A DNA stretch of 64,000 nucleotides from Desulfomonilia bacterium (lineage in GTDB: Bacteria > Desulfobacterota > Desulfomonilia > UBA1062), in the NCBI GenBank assembly GCA_963664325.2, contig CAXXDQ010000003.1, positions 1,024,001 through 1,088,000 on the forward strand. The letters are read 5' to 3'. The translations under genes and the position numbers were made by a program. Below the pieces are notes generated by a model. It saw only the letters and a program-made list of their open reading frames with translations, had not been told where the DNA came from and ran no database searches. This document shows, piece after piece, positions 56,785 through 64,000 of the stretch (its first letter is position 1; each line of letters opens with the position of its first letter).

Positions 56785-59700
56785 TTATCTCCAGACTATG
56801 TACGTGATGTCATCGAAGAACATTTCGTCGGCACCCGAATATATATAGTCATAACCGGCAAAGGCTATGGTTGTGGCCTCACCGTTGCAGTTATAAGGTG
56901 TCGAGCTGGTATCCCCTCTGTAGGCCCAGGTGTTCTTGGAGAAAGTAGGGGCATCATCAGGGCCGATCTCTTTCCAGGCTACACCGTCCTTCAGGAGTTT
57001 TGTATTAATGCTGGAGCCTCCGAATATATTCGGATACCAGTTCAGCCATAAGCTAACTGAAACCAGATAGGCCGGGCTGCCGCCGTTTAAGTTGGTGGTA
57101 ACTATGGTCGTGTTGGATGAGCCGGAACTTATATTCGAGTGTATGTCGAAGGAATAGCTGGCGCTATGACTTCTATCACTGGAGATTCTCCTGTCCACAG
57201 TTCCGATTGCTGTAGTGATGGCCCAGTCGCCCATGCTGTTGTCATCCCAGTTCTTGGTGACTGTTACAAGGGCCGCCGTAGTGAGGGTGACTGTGCTGGC
57301 GCCGCTGCTTACCGTACCGTCATTCACGGTCAGGCTGATCACGTAGGTGCCCGGCCTGGTGAGGTTGGCGGTCGGTGTCGCGCTCGTTGGATTGGTAATG
57401 GTTGCGGTATTTCCGCTCGTCACTCCGGAGTATGGCGTGAAGGATGTGATCGACCAGGAGTAGGTCAGCGAGTCGCCGTCCGGGTCAGAGCTGCCGCCGC
57501 CATTGAGGCCGACCGCGCGACCGGCGTATGCTATGTTGCTGACGGCAGAACCGGCATTGGCCGTAGGCGCCCTGTTGGGTGTGGTGATGATCATGGTATC
57601 GGCAACGCTGGTGTTAACCCCGTCGGACACGACCAGGCTTAAAGTATAGGAACCTTTCTTGTCCGGCGTGAATGTCGGATTGAAGATGTTAATGTTGGAA
57701 GGCTGTGCAGTGCTTCCTGACGGCCGTGCGGTGACTGACCATGTAGGTGTCAGGGGCTGGCCTTCATCATCAAAACCGCTCCCGTTCAGTGTCGTTGCTA
57801 CACCTACGTACAGAGGGTTGACATCAGCGCCGGCATTGGCCGTCGGGGCTGCATTGTAGAACATGATGCTGACCGTGTCGGCTGTGCTTGCGTTGACCCC
57901 GTCGTTCACAACCAGGCTGAGCACATACGAACCCTTCACGGTCGGTGTAAAGACCGGACCCGCTATGTTGGCATTGGACAGCTGGCTGATGCTGGTGTTC
58001 GGTCCGGAGGTGATGGTCCACGCGTAGGTGAGCGGCTGGGATTCCGGGTCGGTGCCGCTGCCGGCAAGTGTTGCCGTGGCGCCTGAACCGGAGAAGAAGA
58101 CGCTCTGGTTCGAGCCGGCTTCGGCCGTTGGTGCCACGTTGTAGGCCGTGATTGTTACCGCATCGGATGCGCTCAGGTTGACACCATCTGATACGACCAG
58201 GGTGATCAGGTACGCGCCCTTCTTATCCGGGGTAAGGGTCGGGTGTATCGCGTGGATATCGGAAAGGGAAGCGCTGCTGCCTGACGGTGAGGATACGATG
58301 GCCCAGGTGTAGGTCAGGGTATCGCCCTCCGGGTCGTGACTGGCGCTGCCGTCAAGCGTGGCCGTCAGGCCTGTGCCGAAAAAGATGTTCTGGTCAGGCC
58401 CTGCTTCGGCAGTCGGCGCATTGTTGGGCACGGTGATTGTTAACGTATCGGTTACGGTGTTGACCGCGTCGGATACGGAGAGAGTGAGCACGTACGAGCC
58501 TGACTTGTCAGGTGTGAAGCTCGGGGTAAGGGTGGACGCGCCGGAAAGTGCGGCGGTGCTGCCGAACGGTGCGCTGGTGATGGTCCACACATAGGTCATG
58601 GGCTTTGATTCAGGATCGGTGGCGGTCCCGCTGAGCGTGGCCAGCGTGTTCCAGGTAACGGTCTGATTGGAACCGGCATCTATCGTCGGCGCCACGTTGT
58701 AGGCCGTTATGGTGACCGCATCGGCGGCGCTTACATTGACCCCGTCGGATACGGTGAGGGTGATCAGATATGTACCCTTCTTGTCAGGTGTCAAGCTTGG
58801 GGATACAGCAGCCGGGTCGGAAAGTGCTGCTGCGCTGCCCACAGGGGCGCTGGTGATGGTCCACGAGTAGGTCAGCGGGTCGCCTTCGGGATCGGAGCTT
58901 GCGCTCCCATTAAGGGTGGCCGTTTCACCCAGGCCGAAGAAGATGTTCTGATCGGCACCTGCTTCCGCTGTCGGCGCATTGTTGGGTACGGTTATGGTTA
59001 CTGTATCAGTTGCGGTGTTTACACCGTCGGATACGGTCAGTGTGATTACGTATGCCCCGGTCTTGTTCGGGGTGAAAGAAGGAGATGCTGTGGCCGCGCC
59101 GGAAAGTGTTGCTGTGCTGCCTGTCGGGGCCGATGTGATAACCCATGCATAGGTGATCGGGTACGCCTCGGGATCGAAGCTACCGCTGCCGTTGAGCGTG
59201 GCCAGGGTGTTCCAGGCGACGGTCTGATTGTCGCCGGCCTCGGCATGGGGTGCCGCATTAGCTGCAGTGATGGTGAGGGTATCCGGGGTGCTGTACGTAT
59301 CACCATCGTAAACGACAAGACTGACTGTGTACTCGCCCGCCTTATCCGGAAGGAAGGTCGGATTGACTATTGTTGAGCTGGAAAGTGCAGCCGTGCTGCC
59401 TGCCGGACGGGCGGTGATAGTCCATGCATAGGTCAGAGGCTGGCTTTCCGGATCGGAACTCAGGCTCCCGTCGAGGTGCGCCAGGGCGCCGTAACCGAAG
59501 ATAAGGCTGATGTCCGCACCGGCATTGGCTATTGGCGCATTGTTGCTAACGATAACGGTTACCGTATCCGCGGCGCTGGTCATGACTCCGTCGGAAACGA
59601 CAAGGCTGATCACATAGGACCCCGACTTATCTGCGATGAAGGTCGGATTTACGATGGCCGGGTTGGAAAGTGCAGCCGTGCTTCCTGACGGACGAGAAGT

Positions 59701-62682
59701 GATGGTCCACGCATAAGTGAGAGAATGGCCTTCAGGGTCAGTGCTGCCGCTGCCGTTAAGGGCCACGGTCTGGCCGTGGGCTGCGTTTATATCGGCTCCG
59801 GCATTGGCCGTGGGCGCCTGGTTGGTTGCGGTTATTGTAAGGGTGTCGGCGGCGCTGAAGAGATAGCCGTCGCTTACGATAAGGCGGATAACATACACAC
59901 CCTGCAAGGCCGGAATGAAAGCGGGATTGACTATGGCCGCGTTGGAGAACTGGGCAATGCTGGTGCTTGGTCCGGAGGCTACCGTCCATGCATAGGTGAG
60001 CGTTGCGCCGTCCGCGTCGGAGCTGGCGCTTCCGTCAAGGTTGGCTGCGGCGCCGTAGCCGAAGATGACGCTCTGATCGGCACCGGCTTCTGCAACGGGC
60101 TGATGGTTGATAACTGTAATGGTTACCGTATCGGCGGTGCTGAAGAAGGCCCCGTCGGAAACGACAAGGCTGATCACGTAAACACCCACCTTGTCAGGCG
60201 AGAATGTCGGATTCACAAGGCCCGGGTTGGTTATTATGGCGGTGCTGCCGGCCGGATGCGAAGTGATAGTCCAGGACCATGAGATTATCATGGTTCCGTT
60301 GGGGTCATAGCTCGCGCTTCCGTCGAGGAATGCGGTTTTTCCTGGGAAGCCGAGGCTCTGGTCAGGGCCGGCATTGGCCACGGGCATATCACCTACGGTA
60401 AGGGTGACCTCGTCCGCCGGGCTGTAATCGAACCCGTCAAACACGATCAGAGTGATCCTGTATACGCCCTTCTTGTCGGGGGCCAGGCTCGGATTTACGA
60501 TGGCGGTATTGGATAGTGCTGCGGTACTGCCTGACGGTGCAGAAACGATTTCCCAGGTATATGAGAGCGGAAGGCCTGAAGGGGCATGGCTGGCGATCCC
60601 GTCAAAATAAGCCGTTATGCCGGGGAAGCCGATATGCTGATCAGGTCCGGCCTCGGCCGTTGGACCGGTATTGATGGCAGTGATGGTAACGCTGTCCGCG
60701 GCGCTGTACAGATCGCCGTCAAACACGATGAGGCTGATCACATAGGTGCCAGGTATGTCGGGTGTTATGGAAGGATTCACGATGTCCGAGCCGGGAAGAA
60801 GCGCTGCCGTGCTGCCGTAAGGTGCGCTGGTTATGGTCCACGAGTAGGCCAGCGTGGTATCGGGGTCTGGATCAAAACTGGCGCTTCCGTTAAGATGAAC
60901 CGTCTCGCCGGTGCCGAAAGTAAAGCTGTAATCAGAGCCTGCCTCGGCTGTCGGTGCGTTGTTGTATACGTTTATAGTGAGTGTATCCTCAATACTGTTT
61001 ACCTCACCGTCATTTACAATGAGGCCGATCACATACGGGCCTTTCATGTCGGGCAGGAATGTCGGATTTGTAATAGTCGGGCTGGAAAGCTCCGCAATAC
61101 TGTCTTCCGGACGCGAGATGATTGTCCACTGGTAGGTCAGCGGGTCGCTGTCCGCATCGGTTCCGCTTCCGAGAAGCTGGACTGTCTTATTGGGGAAGCC
61201 GATGGTGATGTCGCCGCCGGCCTCTGCAACAGGGGCGTGGTTTGTGGTTGTGATGACAACTTCATCAGGTGCACTGGCAAGGCCTTCGCTGTCGGTCACA
61301 ATCAGGCTGAGCGTATAGATGCCTTTCCTGCTGGGTGTGAAGACCGGATTAACGATTGTGTTATTGGAAAGCTGGCCGATGCCGGTATCCGGTCCGGACG
61401 TAATCGTCCAGGCAAAACTCAGAGAGTCGCCGTCCGGGTCTGAGCTGGCGCTTCCGTTGAGATTGGCTGTCTGGCCGAATTCGATGGTGGCATTCGTTCC
61501 TGCGTTGGCGACTGGCACGTTATTGGAACAGGTTACTATAACAGTGTCTTCAGAGGTAAGGTCGCCGTCGCTTACAGTCAGTTTAAATCCATATGCACCC
61601 CTTACATCAGGATTGAAGGTTGGTGCCGGGCTGGATGCATCGGAAAGAATAGCCAAGCTGCCGGTCGGCCGTGAGGTGATTACCCAGGCATATGTCAGAA
61701 TGTCGCCGTCCGGGTCTGAGCTTCCGCTCCCGTTTAGGTTTGCCGTTGAGCCGAACAGGACGGTGATATCAGAGCCGGCCTCGGCAATTGGTGCGGTGTT
61801 GGCTACAGTTATTGTAAGTGTATCCTTGGAGCTGGTCAATTCGCCGTCACTTACTATAAGTCCCAGCACGTAAGTACCTGTCTTGTCTGGTGTGAATGTC
61901 GGCGTTGCGCTGGTGGGGTCTGCTATCCCGGCGGTGCTGCCTTCCGGTTTTGTATCGACTGTCCAGGCATAGGTTAGAGGCTGGTGTTCGGGGTCGAAGC
62001 TCGCAGTCCCGTCAAGAGAAGCTGTCCTGGAGAGGTGGACGGCCTGGTCTGGGCCGGCATTCGCAGTAGGTGGATGGTTACCGATAAAGGAATTAATGGT
62101 GACGGTATCTGTAGCTGTTTTCTCGCCGTCACTTACGATAAGCGTGATTGTGTAACCGCCCTCTAGATCTGGTGTGAAGGTCGGATTGACGATATATGGA
62201 TCGTCAATAGTGGCAGTGCTTCCTCCTGGTGCGGTGGTAATAGACCAGGTATAGGACAGAGGCTGGCTTTCAGGGTCTGAACTGGCGCTGCCGTCAAGCG
62301 TAACCAGGGTGCCGGGAGCAACGCTTTGATCTGGGCCCGCATTGGCTGTGGGCGGCAGGTTTGCTACAACATGCACGTTCCATTGCTTTACAAGTATCTT
62401 GCCGGATAGCGAGTCTTTGGTCTGCACCTTCAGTACGAAAATGCCCGCATCCGCCTCAAGAGCCGTATAGCTATAGGATGCCTTTATAGCCCCGGGAATT
62501 ACAATATCGTTCTTGGACCATTCATATGGACCATTCATTAGACCGGTCACGGAAAAGGCCTTTGATGCGCCTACATTGAGTGTGACAGGTGCTGTCGTTG
62601 AAGGACTTGTAGAAATGATACAACCACTCAACCAAAGAGCCATAAGCGAAAACATGGCTAACAATATTGCATTTCTCTTCAT
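56785..62682 (-). CDS. Large lipoprotein (about 1965 aa) with 18 PKD-like repeats and variable tip; putative adhesin
   Basis: Lipobox LSGC; 18 repeats counted by eye; ends DDITYIVWR. Confidence 0.9.
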   Translation of the reverse strand: MKRNAILLAMFSLMALWLSGCIISTSPSTTAPVTLNVGASKAFSVTGLMNGPYEWSKNDIVIPGAIKASYSYTALEADAGIFVLKVQTKDSLSGKILVKQWNVHVVANLPPTANAGPDQSVAPGTLVTLDGSASSDPESQPLSYTWSITTAPGGSTATIDDPYIVNPTFTPDLEGGYTITLIVSDGEKTATDTVTINSFIGNHPPTANAGPDQAVHLSRTASLDGTASFDPEHQPLTYAWTVDTKPEGSTAGIADPTSATPTFTPDKTGTYVLGLIVSDGELTSSKDTLTITVANTAPIAEAGSDITVLFGSTANLNGSGSSDPDGDILTYAWVITSRPTGSLAILSDASSPAPTFNPDVRGAYGFKLTVSDGDLTSEDTVIVTCSNNVPVANAGTNATIEFGQTANLNGSASSDPDGDSLSFAWTITSGPDTGIGQLSNNTIVNPVFTPSRKGIYTLSLIVTDSEGLASAPDEVVITTTNHAPVAEAGGDITIGFPNKTVQLLGSGTDADSDPLTYQWTIISRPEDSIAELSSPTITNPTFLPDMKGPYVIGLIVNDGEVNSIEDTLTINVYNNAPTAEAGSDYSFTFGTGETVHLNGSASFDPDPDTTLAYSWTITSAPYGSTAALLPGSDIVNPSITPDIPGTYVISLIVFDGDLYSAADSVTITAINTGPTAEAGPDQHIGFPGITAYFDGIASHAPSGLPLSYTWEIVSAPSGSTAALSNTAIVNPSLAPDKKGVYRITLIVFDGFDYSPADEVTLTVGDMPVANAGPDQSLGFPGKTAFLDGSASYDPNGTMIISWSWTITSHPAGSTAIITNPGLVNPTFSPDKVGVYVISLVVSDGAFFSTADTVTITVINHQPVAEAGADQSVIFGYGAAANLDGSASSDADGATLTYAWTVASGPSTSIAQFSNAAIVNPAFIPALQGVYVIRLIVSDGYLFSAADTLTITATNQAPTANAGADINAAHGQTVALNGSGSTDPEGHSLTYAWTITSRPSGSTAALSNPAIVNPTFIADKSGSYVISLVVSDGVMTSAADTVTVIVSNNAPIANAGADISLIFGYGALAHLDGSLSSDPESQPLTYAWTITARPAGSTAALSSSTIVNPTFLPDKAGEYTVSLVVYDGDTYSTPDTLTITAANAAPHAEAGDNQTVAWNTLATLNGSGSFDPEAYPITYAWVITSAPTGSTATLSGAATASPSFTPNKTGAYVITLTVSDGVNTATDTVTITVPNNAPTAEAGADQNIFFGLGETATLNGSASSDPEGDPLTYSWTITSAPVGSAAALSDPAAVSPSLTPDKKGTYLITLTVSDGVNVSAADAVTITAYNVAPTIDAGSNQTVTWNTLATLSGTATDPESKPMTYVWTITSAPFGSTAALSGASTLTPSFTPDKSGSYVLTLSVSDAVNTVTDTLTITVPNNAPTAEAGPDQNIFFGTGLTATLDGSASHDPEGDTLTYTWAIVSSPSGSSASLSDIHAIHPTLTPDKKGAYLITLVVSDGVNLSASDAVTITAYNVAPTAEAGSNQSVFFSGSGATATLAGSGTDPESQPLTYAWTITSGPNTSISQLSNANIAGPVFTPTVKGSYVLSLVVNDGVNASTADTVSIMFYNAAPTANAGADVNPLYVGVATTLNGSGFDDEGQPLTPTWSVTARPSGSTAQPSNINIFNPTFTPDKKGSYTLSLVVSDGVNTSVADTMIITTPNRAPTANAGSAVSNIAYAGRAVGLNGGGSSDPDGDSLTYSWSITSFTPYSGVTSGNTATITNPTSATPTANLTRPGTYVISLTVNDGTVSSGASTVTLTTAALVTVTKNWDDNSMGDWAITTAIGTVDRRISSDRSHSASYSFDIHSNISSGSSNTTIVTTNLNGGSPAYLVSVSLWLNWYPNIFGGSSINTKLLKDGVAWKEIGPDDAPTFSKNTWAYRGDTSSTPYNCNGEATTIAFAGYDYIYSGADEMFFDDITYIVWR

Positions 62683-62752
62683 TGTAACCCCCTGCATTTT
62701 ATTAGGAGAGCAACACACAAGGCCGCAATCCTTTAACTGCTTGAAACTTTAA

Positions 62753-62837
62753 AACCCTCTAGATGCGCGCTACATTAAATTTTTATAGGGGGTAAAATTG
62801 TGTTTTTATTAACCCTATAGCTGCGCGCTACCTTAAA
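62753..62837. promoter_or_regulatory. 27 bp tandem direct repeat upstream of the lipoprotein array (putative operator or antitermination signal)
   Basis: AACCCTCTAGATGCGCGCTACATTAAA (62753-62779) and AACCCTATAGCTGCGCGCTACCTTAAA (62811-62837): 24/27 identical, 58 bp period. Confidence 0.6.
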
Positions 62838-63683
62838 CCAAAATACAACTCTCTGGAACGGTGATGCTTTGTTAAAATTCCATGTTGATAAATAACAATT
62901 TCAAAAAACTAGTAGCGGCAAGCTTCAGGTAATAGACCTCATTAAGATGTATTCAAAAATAATTGAACTACAATAAACATATTATATGCAAAATGTATGC
63001 AAACCGCCATAGATTTAATTAAATAAAATTGATTATAATTATCAATAAGTTATATATGCAATTGAATGGTGACGATTTGTGGTTAATATTTGAAATGGGT
63101 AATTTATTACTAATCAAGGAAAATATTTCCATCCGCTGGAAAAAGCCAAAATGAGATGAATTAACAAAGGGACGTACCTGACATTATAATATCAAATTTA
63201 AAATGTTAGGGTGGGGATTTTAATATTATGGAATTGCCAGAACCAATAGGGGACGATCATTATATTATGAAAAAAAATGTTACTAATCCGATTGACCATG
63301 ATTCACATAGTGGTAAAGAATAAGAATCACAAAATTATTAAAAATAGAATGACTAAATAGCAGGAACGTCCCCAAGTTAAATTTATGCAGGTATAATTCT
63401 CCACTTTTATTAAATGTGATGTTTTGCTTAAATAGTATTATCTTTCTTAAAAATTAGAAATTAATTGCTCATATTTTAATATATTGACTGTTTACATTAT
63501 GATAACTGATTGAAATATAATCTTTTTAACTGTGGCATTTTCATTGCTTATGAAATTAACAAATGAAACTAATATTAAACCATGGTAGAATATTCTGCTT
63601 GTGTGATTTTACGGTGTCTATGATGTGATGTTATGAATGCTGAAATTAATTATAAAAGCTCAAATATATTATTAGGAGTTTAT

Positions 63684-64000
63684 ATGAATTTTAAGAGACT
63701 GTTCCTGACTGGCATTGTTCTTTTAATTTTTACGGCCTGCAGCGGTGGCAACTCCCAGCCTGAATCTTCGGCAAATGCAGCAGGGACAGAAGTTGCTAAT
63801 TCCACCATATCTCCCTATGATTTTGCTAACGGCTGCTATGCATTGAAATCGGCAGCGAACAATAATTTTATCCAATCCACAGGGGTCAGGTATGAAGCTT
63901 CTGGCCTGGGTGCCGGAAATGCTTCTACATTTTTTATGAAACCTTCAAGCCTGGGCACCTATATGCTATTTGACAAGCAATCATATTATCTTGGTGTTGA
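63684..64000 (+). CDS. Lipoprotein, 3'-truncated by window edge
   Basis: RBS AGGAG; MNFKRLFLTGIVLLIFTAC lipobox; frame open to the end (YDFANGCYALKS...FFMKPSSLGTYMLFD). Missing from the ORF track because no stop lies in the window. Confidence 0.8.
   Translation, partial: MNFKRLFLTGIVLLIFTACSGGNSQPESSANAAGTEVANSTISPYDFANGCYALKSAANNNFIQSTGVRYEASGLGAGNASTFFMKPSSLGTYMLFDKQSYYLGV

Noticed and set aside
34373-62682. Diversity-generating retroelement acting on the variable tips
   Set aside because: No reverse transcriptase or template repeat in the window; the two similar tips differ at all base types and by indels, not only at adenines.
47128-62682. RTX/T1SS, autotransporter, T9SS or sortase-anchored adhesin
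   Set aside because: No GGxGxD nonapeptides, C-terminal barrel, CTD or LPxTG; the proteins have lipoprotein signal peptides.
1-64000. tRNA or rRNA genes
   Set aside because: None recognised by eye; a tRNAscan/Rfam run is needed to exclude them.

Overview
Bacterial chromosomal window, probably from an anaerobic deltaproteobacterium (inferred from gene content, not proven). 1-5.4 kb: CCG Fe-S protein / GlpD-like dehydrogenase / FGGY kinase / GPH transporter operon. 5.7-9.3 kb: accessory hotspot with a two-cassette integron array lacking a nearby integrase (one textbook attC, one half attC, an attI-like site), a complete IS110 (IS1111-like) element whose ends, REP-like target, circle-junction promoter and putative bridge-RNA guide segments can be read from the sequence, and an orphan Cys-rich RiPP-like precursor. 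9.4-31.8 kb: a lipoprotein of the linalool dehydratase/isomerase family, FAD oxidoreductases, selA-patatin-rluD-DUF721, a tandem double-LuxR regulator, PilZ, small exported proteins and an Fe-S/flavin redox cluster. 32.1-62.7 kb: the most striking feature, a 30 kb co-oriented array of eight lipoproteins sharing one N-terminal lipobox+Ig module. Five are PKD/Ig-repeat proteins with 6, 6, 6, 31 and 18 stalk repeats and variable C-terminal tip domains; three carry unusual 4-Cys PASTA-like repeats. Stalks and tips appear shuffled combinatorially, and two genes share an apparently identical 1.3 kb block. All counts and alignments were made by eye; no database searches were run.
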